A stretch of DNA of 61,105 nucleotides, filler included, from Globobulimina sp. (Eukaryota): NCBI GenBank assembly GCA_003354225.1. It is 11 parts of 11 records of this genome, joined end to end, with 100 filler letters (N's around TTAATTAATTAA, not from the genome) between each part and the next. Parts side by side here need not be neighbours in the genome. Positions count along the whole stretch, not along the records: positions 44,540 to 49,996 come from PIVH01000559.1; positions 50,097 to 55,551 come from PIVH01000560.1; positions 55,652 to 61,105 come from PIVH01000561.1; 8 more parts are not named here. One strand, written 5' to 3'. Shown piece after piece: positions 44,645-55,882 of this stretch. The position numbers and the translations under genes were made by a program. The notes under the pieces were generated by a model. It saw only the letters and a list, made by a program, of their open reading frames with translations, did no database searches and was not told the DNA's origin. Each line of letters begins with the position of its first letter. The first letter of the stretch is position 1.

Positions 44645-45565
44645 TCATTCATCATCAACAATTTCAACAACACAACGTATATTTCCGACAAATGATGATT
44701 TTGCATATTGTTTCATTTCGATATACCAAAATTGCTGTTTTGTTACACAATGTTGGAGCGGTATAATTTCTTCCAGTATTAATACTGTTTTGCAACAATC
44801 AAAATGATCGCTATCTATATACTCCCATGTTAGCATCCTGTTAAAACTGCCAATATTAATACTATGCGTAAATACGGCAACATGATCATAATCCTCATCC
44901 TCTAACATTTTATCATATGCAAAAAATAATTCTTTCTCTGTGGACCAGGAATATGATTTAATATTACATAATATATAATCATTACGGTGTTGACATACAT
45001 TTTGCATCACAATCGGTTGTAAACTTAGTGCAAATTTTTCATTTGCATTTATTTCAAATGATAAAAGATGGCGATATTCCTTTTTTATGCACAAATTGTT
45101 TTTTATTTCTGTCCACTCATCGACCTCTTCGCTATCACTCTCTGTATATTCATGTTCTGCATCTTCAGTGTCATTGTCTGTGTCTTCATTTTCTTCAGAT
45201 TCACTCGACAGCCATGGATATTCATTATCCGTTTCTCCATCATTATCTGCTGTTGATTCTTCTTCATCGTTTTCAGTGTTTTCATCTTCAGATTGATCAT
45301 CATCATCTTCCTCCTCCTCATCTTCTGATTCATTTTCGTTTCCAGTGTCATCAGTATCAGTATCAGTTTCATATTCTGATTCGTCATCTCCTTCATTGAC
45401 TGATTTTAAGTTTGATATTAATTCATCAAATATTAACTCACCGCTACATTGCAGAATGATACATATGAGATCATCTGACATTGACGAGAATTTCTGAATC
45501 ATATCACATTGATTGAGCAGTCGGATTGATTCAGCATAGTATTTCCTTGTTTGTTTGACAAGCAT
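44645..45565 (-). CDS. Hypothetical protein with a long Asp/Glu tract
   Basis: 306-codon ORF; acidic low-complexity centre. Confidence 0.65.
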   Translation of the reverse strand: MLVKQTRKYYAESIRLLNQCDMIQKFSSMSDDLICIILQCSGELIFDELISNLKSVNEGDDESEYETDTDTDDTGNENESEDEEEEDDDDQSEDENTENDEEESTADNDGETDNEYPWLSSESEENEDTDNDTEDAEHEYTESDSEEVDEWTEIKNNLCIKKEYRHLLSFEINANEKFALSLQPIVMQNVCQHRNDYILCNIKSYSWSTEKELFFAYDKMLEDEDYDHVAVFTHSINIGSFNRMLTWEYIDSDHFDCCKTVLILEEIIPLQHCVTKQQFWYIEMKQYAKSSFVGNIRCVVEIVDDE

Positions 45566-45664
45566 ATTTGATGAACTTTGAAATGTGTGAACAACTGAAA
45601 AGTTTTTGCTGTGTCACTTACATTTTCAACAACTCCTTTCTACCTTTCATTCTTTCCCCAAATA

Positions 45665-46945
45665 ATGTCCATGTTTAATAACCAAACTGCCAACAATAAT
45701 ATGAATGCCACAACAAACAAGGGAACAAATGTGAATGCAGCGACATTTGTTCCTCGATTACAAACAATCAACGAGGCAAAGACATCATTGTTGATTGACA
45801 TTCCTTCGACTCCAAAATCATATTCTAGCACATCACCTACTTCCATGCCATCCATATCATCGTCATCGTCATTGTCACCATCCATTATTAGCATTAATAA
45901 TAAATCAGTATCTCCACCGTTAACATACGCATTGCACACAAATTACACACTGACATTACCTAATTATAATATGCACACATTAGTGAATTGTCATTGGGGT
46001 TTAGCTAATAGTGTTAATACTTTTGCTCCAACAAATAACACACTCACAGCAGTCACAGCACATCACACAACAAACACAATGCCGCACAACATCACCACAC
46101 AACAATTTAAACCAAAACATAACAATCTCGCAAAAAGCGTTCATTTGGGCCGCAATATGACTTGTTTGATGATTATAAGCTGTGTGGAACAGTTCAATAC
46201 GAACATATTAAATGATACCAAATCGTTGTTTGCTTTTTTTAAGGAATCCTTAGCAATGCAAATTATCGATAAACAAATATTCATTCATACCACCTGCAAA
46301 GGTAAAATAATGATTATTAACATTGATTTGCATTTTAAATGCTATGGCCAACCAACAATGTATTTGATTGCAACATTAAATGATCCAAAATATATTCACA
46401 AAGTCGAGTGGCAAATTGTGAATATTATGCGAGCAGATACTATTTATGCAACATTTGGGATAACTACAGATAAATTACCAGTGAGTAGCAGAAATATGAA
46501 GCAATTTAAAGATGCGCTCAATATATACACACCTCACTTTTTTCATATTCCATCTTCCATTGTTGATACGACAAATTTTAAGAAATTGCCCAAGAAAGCA
46601 GACAAAACTGGCTCTGAAATAAATTTAACAGGCAATGATTTGAAGGAATGTTGCCACAAATCATGGAACAATGGCCTGTGTCTTCCAGTTGTGGTCATTA
46701 AAGGTGCCAAACATTGGATGGAATGGAAAAAAATTGTGCGCATATTTGGGGATAAATGCGTTGCAATTTCATTGAGATATTTTCCAGCTCAGAGTCAGAG
46801 GCGATGGAAAATTGTGTGCATGGATTACGATGCTGGGCGGGTTTTTTATCAGCACCGATTAGTTGGCAATATTAATAATAGTCATTATTGCTATTCATAT
46901 AACGATTTGGTCCAATTAATCAATGTAAAATTAAATATATTATAA
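45665..46945 (+). CDS. Hypothetical protein with PAM2-like motif
   Basis: TNVNAATFVPR near the N-terminus, Ser-rich region, globular C-terminal half. Confidence 0.6.
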   Translation: MSMFNNQTANNNMNATTNKGTNVNAATFVPRLQTINEAKTSLLIDIPSTPKSYSSTSPTSMPSISSSSSLSPSIISINNKSVSPPLTYALHTNYTLTLPNYNMHTLVNCHWGLANSVNTFAPTNNTLTAVTAHHTTNTMPHNITTQQFKPKHNNLAKSVHLGRNMTCLMIISCVEQFNTNILNDTKSLFAFFKESLAMQIIDKQIFIHTTCKGKIMIINIDLHFKCYGQPTMYLIATLNDPKYIHKVEWQIVNIMRADTIYATFGITTDKLPVSSRNMKQFKDALNIYTPHFFHIPSSIVDTTNFKKLPKKADKTGSEINLTGNDLKECCHKSWNNGLCLPVVVIKGAKHWMEWKKIVRIFGDKCVAISLRYFPAQSQRRWKIVCMDYDAGRVFYQHRLVGNINNSHYCYSYNDLVQLINVKLNIL

Positions 46946-47389
46946 AAGAGATGATACTGTTTAACATAAAAAATAATAAATATTACATTTGGAATAATAT
47001 TGATAAGATTCTTCATTAACTCAAAATGTATTTTGTTTCAAATACAGATAAACAATACATATATTTATAAAAGTCAAATGGATTATTGTCAATATACAAC
47101 ATTTCAAATGCTTATTTATATTACAAAATGAAAAATGTGTTTTTTTTTTGCCTTTTTTGTGATTTAATAATTAAATATTATAAGTGTTATTGCATTATAT
47201 GTACTCTAATAATGTACTCTAATAAACAAGAAATTGTTTTCGTTTCTATAATGTAGAAAAGGGTCCTATATATTGTTATGAATTCGGAGTTTTAGGTGGA
47301 ATACTTGGGAAATATGAACTTTCTACGTGAAGAGTGCGGCATATCATATATATACTTAAAAGCAAGTCAAAAACTGTACAAGTTGTGTG

Positions 47390-49840
47390 TTAAACGCATT
47401 TTTTCTTTTTCCGCTTCTGTCTTTTCTGATGTTTCTTCTTTGAAACAATGCACTTTCGCGGTAACCCACCATATCCACGCTTTTCTCGGCAAATACAATC
47501 GGCCAACTTTTTGTTTCTAACATATTTTGCATAAGAACACGAATGAACCATTTCGCAAAAACTCGACCACGCCAAATGACACTCATAAAATGAGGTTTGA
47601 TTGCATCGGATTAATTGCTTAAATCCGCCATGACGGTCAACCTTTGGTACAATGTCTCGTCTCGGTACAATAGTAATTGATGATTTATCCAAGTCATCGA
47701 TATTAAATTTAAATTTTTTTGATGAAAATGCGACTCCGGGACTTGACAAACCAAATGAAATCACATTCGCTTTATTTTTATTTGCAAATCTCGCAGCAAC
47801 TATTTCTGAATGATAATAGGATATAAATATAAATATAAATATAAATATAGCAACAAACAATAAGTATAAATACCGGCTATGCCGCCTCCCAAACTATGAC
47901 CAACCACAAAAACAGGATGAGAATTATTGTATTGATACTCTTCAATCAATTTATCAATATATTCATAAACAGGTTCGTCAAACAACTCACTTCCAACAAA
48001 ATCACGGCTGGTTAACTCAATAAAGTCCCTTTTTTGTGTTGTTGTTGCTGTTGAAAATTATTAATAATAACAATATAAAAATAGATGTACCTTAAAAATG
48101 TATTTGGGAGAAATGTCGTCAATGGAAAAATCCATGAAATTAATTGTAAACTCGCAACTTCAGTGAATAAGTTGATATCTTGTAATATGTCATGGCGCGT
48201 TTTTGTCCCACGAACTGCGATGATATCATAATTATTTGTTTTCGGAGCAATGTGAATAAAAGCTGGAGTGTCGTTGTTATGGAAGGTTCTCGGATAAAAT
48301 GGTTGATTTTCAACAATTTCTCCCCATCCACAGATTCCAAACCATTGATCCAATAAAGCAATGTGTTTCCACTTCTGACTCTTATATGGAATCATTGTCA
48401 ACAATATTAAATCCAACGAAGTCAAACCAGAGTCACCAAATTGAGTCTCACAGACTGGATACGGCGCATATTCCTTATCGAGGAATTGTTGCATGATCAG
48501 GTTGTCAGCATCTTCGTCATCATTATAATTATCGTAGGCCTCATTGGCGCCCAATATATTTTCCCCATCGTCAGATGTCATGTTTGTTACCATTGCATTT
48601 AAGCCATTGGCCATCATTGCGATGAATGCCACAGAGACTGCAAATAAAATATAGATTGTTAACCATGATCCGGACGAATCATTGTTGGACGATTTGCTCT
48701 GTTTTTTTTTATTTTTGCTTTTGTTTCTTATTAATTTCCAATATTCTAAGAAATTGCCAGTATAATTTTGTCGATATTTGCCAGTAAATAAACAATTCAT
48801 TGTTCTCCAAATTGGTGAATACCATTTGAAATATTTGACAATTATATACAATGAAAATGATATAAATAATGCAAGTTTATTGCTATTATAATCGACGCAT
48901 TTTGAAATGAAATATATTGAAAGAAATAAATCAAATAAATCTGTCGGATATAGTTTCCGTGAAATTGTTATATTTTGATCAGTTGCCGGCATTGCCTCAT
49001 TTTGTGCGGTTTTCTTGTTTGAATGAATTTTTTTCTGCTCGTTTCTTAATTTATATCCAATATAAAATGAACTTAAACTCGATACAATAAAATATAAAAA
49101 ACACCATATTAATCCCTGAATTGCCATTAATTGACACAAAACGCCAACGATTTCACTCATATTTGGCGAATGGTGCACACCGACAGCAACCACGCAAAAC
49201 AAAACTGTAGTGATTAAATGACAGGCTCTCCAAAAATGGGCAGTAAATATATTTAATTTTACTGGCGTGGATATTACAATTAATTTATGAATATCGCCAT
49301 AATTAAACCACAACAAACTGAGAGACTGCAACGCTATGAAACCAGTGCAAAAAACGGAGAAATACGCAGTTAATACAATCAATGCTACATCCTCTGATAA
49401 ACCAGAAACATCGTCCACAGACATGGTAATTTCTGGTTTTTTAGGATTCAATTGATTTAATAATATGATCATAAAAAAATCGACGAAGTCTAATATATGA
49501 GCCATCCATAAATTTATTGTGAAGACGCAAATCAGAGCAAATGATATAATTCCACTAATCAATGAATATACAGATAATAAAACAAACGGAGAGCGTTCGA
49601 ATCGCCAAACCTACATTTTTTAAGCCAACTCATTTAGTATAGAATTAATAAAAATTATTTAAGCACAGCACAAACCACTATTTGCCATCTTCCTTTGTTT
49701 TGATTATCTTTGTTATCGCGGGATTTAGGCAACACTGCGCGATTTGTAGTATCACTTGAAAAAATAATACGAATGAATAATAAATCAATTATTATCGTAA
49801 TGACGCAGTATAAAAACTCAGCCCCAAACTCCCTGATCAT
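47390..49840 (-). CDS. Class 3 lipase with multi-TM N-terminal half; introns 49611-49675, 48029-48090, 47806-47873 (start may be 49891)
   Basis: IIAVRGT..DILQD, nucleophile motif VVGHSLGGGIA, SFGLSSPG, DIVPKVD, ECH; the three introns keep the frame. Confidence 0.82.
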
Positions 49841-49889
49841 GCTGGTGGAGGATTTTAACTGCGAAAAAAAAAACTTCTCAGCTTTTTGC

Positions 49890-49996
49890 ATGGCGAATTA
49901 TATGGAAGCTGAAGGCCAAACAAGCGGCTCAAATGAAGATGGCACAACAAAATGGTTGAAACAAAACAGATTAGGCCATTTAGCACAGAAATTTGA
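49890..49996 (+). CDS. 5' fragment of a probable SAM-domain protein
   Basis: MANYMEAEGQ...KWLKQNRLGHLAQKF matches the first SAM helices; truncated. Confidence 0.45.
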
Positions 49997-50096
49997 NNNN
50001 NNNNNNNNNNNNNNNNNNNNNNNNNNNNNNNNNNNNNNNNTTAATTAATTAANNNNNNNNNNNNNNNNNNNNNNNNNNNNNNNNNNNNNNNNNNNN

Positions 50097-52644
50097 TATT
50101 GATGGAGAATATGCAGATTCAACATATTTTAAATTTGATTGTTTGTCATTAATGATATTAAATAACGCATTATCGCAAATTAAAATTTGTAGCAATATTG
50201 CAAATTATTATGGAAACGCATTAATATATTTTAATATTTCTGATAATGGATATTGTCACTGCTATACTTCCATAAATGGTGTATATGCAACGCCGTTATC
50301 CGATGAGATACAAATTCCTGTCATTATTAATCCAATTATCGATTATGTTGACATTATAATGCAATATCCATATATTGGATCAGAGGATACATTATTACCA
50401 TTTATAATAAATACAAGCACTGTGGATTTAATTAAACCAGATTTGTCAATTATAATTACATCAGACAGAGGCAATATTTCTACCATAACCACTATCAACG
50501 CAACGCAATCATTGCACTTATTACAGTTTAATGGAAATTGGTCATTGTGTTCAAATGTTTTGAAGAATTTAATGTATGCACCAGATTTAAATTGGAATGG
50601 ATACGATGTGAATTTATATATTTTAATAAATATAACAGAAACTGGACAAATAACAACAAAGCGATCCAGTGTATATATATCGGCAATAAATGATCCAATT
50701 TATATTTTAGGTCCGCTATATTCAAATTATACAGCTTATGAAGACGAACCAGTGAGAATTAGTGGGATGTCAATTTATGATATTGATGCTACGGAAGATC
50801 CATTGCAAATAATTCTGTGTAGGCTAGAGATTACAATGATAAATACCGGGTTTATATCATTGTCAACATTTGAAGGAGTACACTTTATTCAAGGCACTGG
50901 GTCTTATGATACAATCATTGAAATTGAAGGCGGCTTTCAACACATTAGTAATGCATTAAAATTAGTTTTATTTTATCCACTCTCCGATTGGTTTGGTAAT
51001 ACAAGTATTAATATATTTGTGTCAGACAAAGGATTTACAGGTTCAACCAATAAAAGTTATAATAATTCATTAAACATTCCAATAATAATAATCTCAACGC
51101 CTGATATTCCCATATTTTTTATTGGTGATATAGCTATAAATTGTTATGAAGATGCGATTGCTTGTTATTTTAATGCAGGTTCTATTTATGATTTAGATTC
51201 TGATTATTTCCAAATCGGATTATCTGTGAATTCTGGTTTATTGACATTAGTAACCAATTCTACATTTTTATCTTTTGAAATTGGAAATGGTACCAATGAA
51301 AAACTAATGTTATTTAATGGGAGTGGCATAAATATAAATAATGCAATATCAAATATTACATATAAACCAAATTTAAATTATAATGGACATGATACGGTTA
51401 TCATAACCTATACAGATTTCGATACGAAAATGTTTTCCAATCAAATAGATTTAAATGTAATTCCGATTAACGACGCACCAAATATTGTAATACAACAAAA
51501 TGAATTTCAAACCTTAGATTCAAGTCCGATTTCAATTGAAGGTGTTTCTATTTATGATTTAGATTTTTATCAAGATTCATCATTTAGAAATCAATCATTT
51601 TATTATAATTTATGTGAATTAAATATATCAGCCACAAATGGAAATGTTCATTTAGGTTCAATCGAATCTGTAAATCAATTAAATAATTCTGGTAAAATAC
51701 TCGTAATGTCATCGTTAAAGAATATTAATAATTATGTATTATTAAATTTAATGTATGAGCCAACACCGTATTTTGAAGGAATTGATATTATTACGATTGC
51801 AGTAAATGATTTAGGAAATACTGGTTTTGGTGGCAACTTGATTGACTTTAAAACAATTAATGTGACTGTGCTTGGAATAAATCATGAACCAGTTTTAAAT
51901 AAAAGTAGTGATATAATTGAAATGAATGAAGATGAAATGGGTAATTTTAGTTTAACTGTTTACGATGAAGATTGTTTGAACATCAATATTCAATGTAATC
52001 TTACTTTAATTATAAATACAAAAAATGTATTAATTAAATCGTCAAATTGTCTTTATTTAACATCAAACAAATGGACCCAGCAAATTATTTTAAATGGTAA
52101 TGTTTCTCAAATTAATTTATGCGTAATTAATATTTTAGTAATGATGGCGCCAAATTGGAATGGATTGTTAAATAATGATATTAAAATAGCATTAAATGAT
52201 AATGAATATTATATTTACGATTTAATTTCAGTAAATATATCAAATATGAATGACGAATTAAATATATTTACAACAACAACAAACATATATTCAGTTAAAA
52301 ACGGTTATTCTATCCCTTTAATCGGATTGCAAATTGAAGATATTGATTTAAATAAAACAAGTACGGAGTTATTATTAGTTAATATTACTGTCAATTATAA
52401 TAAGATTACTCTTTATGCATTAAATGGATTACATTTTATTAATTTTGAGCCATTTCAAAGAACTACAAGATATTCGCAATTAGAATTTTATGCCGATATT
52501 TATGCTATTAACCAAGCATTACCATATTTGTATTTTCATTCAACAAATGCATCCTTTTGTGGTAATGACATTGTTGCAATTAATGTTGCTTATAAACATG
52601 AAATTGTTAATATATCTCTTAATGTCAATGTTACTTGCTCTTAA
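50097..52644 (+). CDS. 3' part of a large protein with tandem cadherin-like/bacterial Ig-like repeats
   Basis: About 6 repeats of ~120-130 aa with L.Y.P..NWNG.D, I.V.D.G.TG and INDP/INDAP/INHEP/MNDE linkers. Confidence 0.75.
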
Positions 52645-52830
52645 CAAAAAAAACAAGTGCGTTGTGATAACGTTTTTAGTTCAACAGAGTTTTTGTTTTT
52701 AGTTCAACTGCAGTCTGTAAATAGAACATCGATCAACAGTCTGTAGAACCGCGTATTTATACAATGCTGTTCAGTATTTATGGGAAATAATTAATACTTA
52801 CATAAAAAACATATTACAAAATAATTAAAA

Positions 52831-54448
52831 TTATAATTGTCTTCTTCTTCTCTGTGTATAACAAGATCCCGGTCCCGGTGGAGCCGCCCTTTCTTGTGCA
52901 TTATTCGACGGCGATGCCGCAACACCTCTCTCATTCAATAAACACCGAAAATATTCCATCCTTGGTTTGGCGGCACTCGTCGAGTTCACCCTCCGTTCAC
53001 TCCATAATCTCTCCCCAATGGCCGCCGCAGTCGGCCATATCGTTTGTTGTATATCACTGACATCCACAGTCTCGCCCCACATACAGCCCTCACCGCCAAT
53101 CACCAATGCCTGTTGTGCTGCATTTGAGATATATTGCAACGGCTCCACCACATATCTTTGCTGCCAAGTCGTTCTCAATGAATCTAAGTACCAATTTGGA
53201 TCCGGACTAAATATACCACGAAAACCACCAGCCACAACATTGGGTAATATGGAATTGCCCGAATGCCACACTTGAATCACCACCTTTTGTGGATCCAATG
53301 TCTTTCCAAAATAAGTAAACACCTCATCCCAATCAATCACAGTCTTACCATTACTGTTTGCAATGTCAATCACGCGCTCATCAAAATATTCTAACGCTTG
53401 CAAGGCGGTGTAATGATTTGCATTCATCCAATCCACAATGGACTGGGTCTTGCTCCAACAGTTTGTATTCACTTCATCGCCACCTAAATGAATATGACTG
53501 TCGCTGAATAATTTCGCAGCTTCAGCGATGAGACCGGTCAATAAGTCCCACGTCTCATTGACGGCGGGGTTAAGTGGCGAGTTACAGGATGGAGAGGGAC
53601 ATATATTTGGATATCCGACACACCACGATTGGGCATGACCGGGCATGTCAAATTCGGGGATCACGCGGATGCCTAATTGCTTGGCGTAGTTTACGATGTC
53701 AGTCACGTCGTTTTGGATGAAGCGTTCGTGTGTTGAGTAGGCGCCGTCCCATAACTTGGGATATGCCAAGGATTCATAAGGGAATGACTGTGTATCTGTG
53801 ACATGCTGTATACAGTATACACAGTGCAGTATATATCAAATATGAAACTGAAATATAATAACATACCCAATGTAATACATTGAATTTTGAATACGACATA
53901 GAATCTAATACATTGAAAATGGACTGTTTGGATTGGAAATGTCTGGAAGTATCAATTAATATGCCACGGTGCGAGAATCGTGGCGAATCAGTAATGGCTG
54001 AGACGTAGGTTTGGTAATAATTGGCAGACACACTAAATATAACCAATTGACTGAATGTTTCCAGTCCGCGAAGTGCTCCCCAGATTGTATTGGAATTTAA
54101 TGAGGCGACGCCAGAGGATGTGAGTGATAATACATAGCTTTCATCCATACCGTAAGCTAATGTATTTTCTGAGGCATCTTTAATGGTTAATGATAATCCT
54201 GTAATGGTCGCGAATGAATTATATGCTCTCCCTTCTGGCGTATGAGGGAATGTTAATTTTGTATAGCGTGCAAATGCATTTGTTATAATCTGTGATTGAG
54301 AATTTTGAGTAAATGCAAATTTTGACGCGTCTACATTGAGATTTAATGAATTTGATACAGTATACTGCTTCGGTAGTGGCCATATAAATGGTTGAGATTG
54401 GCCATATGTGGTTGATAATGAACCAAGCAACAATACTATGGACAACAT
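52831..54448 (-). CDS. Beta-N-acetylhexosaminidase (GH20); intron 53806-53866
   Basis: Signal peptide from ATG 54448; IWPLP, DESY, GALRGLETFSQL, RGILIDTSRHF, NVLHW/HVTDTQSFP, PEFDMPGH, catalytic HLGGDEV, GGEGCMWGE. Confidence 0.95.
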
Positions 54449-54618
54449 GGCGGACTTTGAGAGTGGAATGAAAGCAGAAAACTTTGTTTGAAAGCAGAAA
54501 AACATTGATTTTTTTTGTTTGAATGGCCTCAATTAAAGCTAAATACAAATGGAATAACAATCATGCAAATGGAAGATTGGAAGTTGAATTATTTTTTCAT
54601 AGTTAAAGATGGATTTAT

Positions 54619-55003
54619 TTATTCAATGTCATATTCCACTGATTTAAGTTCATAAGATATTGGTGGCAATGACCGGTAAACCTTAATTTGAATAAATCTG
54701 TTATTTCCTACTTTAATTTTAATCATAAAGTTCATTCCCGCCACTACCTACATTAAATTTATTATATACATTGCTGAAAAATTAAATCTATTAAATTGTA
54801 CCTGCTTTGCTCCTAAATTAGATAGATTATTTCCTGAATATTTGAATAAAATTGATTTTGATATGCAAACCTGATTCAACTTGAAAGCAATCAAATTTTG
54901 CTTGATTGTCTTTCTCTGCTTTTACTTCAACATCGGCTCTTACACCACCTAAAGCTGCATTTAATTCATCTGCATCGGCAACTTTCCAACCACCAAAGGC
55001 CAT
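54619..55003 (-). CDS. Cystatin/stefin (90 aa); exons 55003-54871, 54812-54802, 54747-54619; not in ORF track
   Basis: Spliced product MAFGGWKVADADELNAALGGVRADVEVKAEKDNQAKFDCFQVESGAKQVVAGMNFMIKIKVGNNRFIQIKVYRSLPPISYELKSVEYDIE: N-terminal GG, QVVAG, LP loop; 273 nt in total. Confidence 0.9.
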
Positions 55004-55103
55004 TATAGAGTATAGACGAAAAACTTACACAAAAAATAATCATTTAAAAAACGCAAGTCCGACTCCAGCATCACAGATAGCATCACAGATAAAATGAAAT
55101 CAA

Positions 55104-55551
55104 CTAATTGTAAATTGGTGTTCCAAAAAAGTTTAAGTATCCCACTCCTAAATTATCTTTTTCTTCCTTGCCAATGTTGATTGATTCTGCTCTGATGTCA
55201 ATATTGATCGATTTAATTTCATTTTTTAATCCTTCTAATTTCATTACAACAATCGATTCTTTTTTCTGAGTATCATATGTCAACATTGCGCCATTCAAAT
55301 ACCACATTCCCCATTGTCCAGCATTATTGGTAACGGGTCCTATGTCAATGCGTGTAATATGAACCATACATTCGAACTCAGCTTTTATCCATGGATTAGT
55401 TTCATTTTATGTGCCGCATCCATGCGTTAAATCTTTATCTATTAACGAAGTAAATTCATTGCCTGCCATTTTTGTTGGAAGCTGAGATGACATTTTCAAT
55501 GAATATCTCAATGAATGTGTTTCTCTCAATGTTACATCAAAGCCACCGCAG
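55104..55551 (-). pseudogene. 3' fragment of a gene (galactose-binding/discoidin-like domain) with in-frame TAA at 55407-55409
   Basis: ..LIDKDLTHGCGT*NETNPWIKAEFECMVHITRIDIGP..WGMWYLNGA.. continuous in one frame apart from the stop. Confidence 0.5.
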
Positions 55552-55651
55552 NNNNNNNNNNNNNNNNNNNNNNNNNNNNNNNNNNNNNNNNNNNNTTAAT
55601 TAATTAANNNNNNNNNNNNNNNNNNNNNNNNNNNNNNNNNNNNNNNNNNNN

Positions 55652-55866
55652 TGGGCAACGATTTTTGCCTCGCGCATAAAACGCTGGCTAAACTCGCTAT
55701 CGCTTGAAAACGACGGCGACATCACCTTGATCGCCACCTCACGATCAAAACACTCCTGCACCGCCAGATAAACCGTTGCCATCCCGCCCTCGCCAATTTG
55801 GCCAAGAAGCTGATAACCCGGAATCCTGGGAGGAAGATCAACAATAACTGTCTGCTCGTTATTCAA
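55652..55866 (-). CDS. 5' fragment of a bacterial-type Hanks Ser/Thr kinase
   Basis: TTG start at 55866; IPGYQLLGQIGEGGMATVYLAVQECFDREVAIKVM...FSQRFMREAKIVA; visibly more GC-rich than the adjoining DNA. Confidence 0.85.
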
Positions 55867-55882
55867 ATGCTTAACCTGAAAC

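Noticed and set aside
47820-47850. (ATATAA)n microsatellite
   Set aside because: Simple repeat inside a lipase intron
42180-55409. Alternative genetic code (TGA or TAA read as sense)
   Set aside because: Only one internal TGA and one internal TAA among many long ORFs, and both codons terminate many genes here
5479-55651. Regularly spaced TTAATTAATTAA palindromes as a biological repeat or CRISPR-like array
   Set aside because: Always embedded in fixed N padding; an artificial six-frame stop linker
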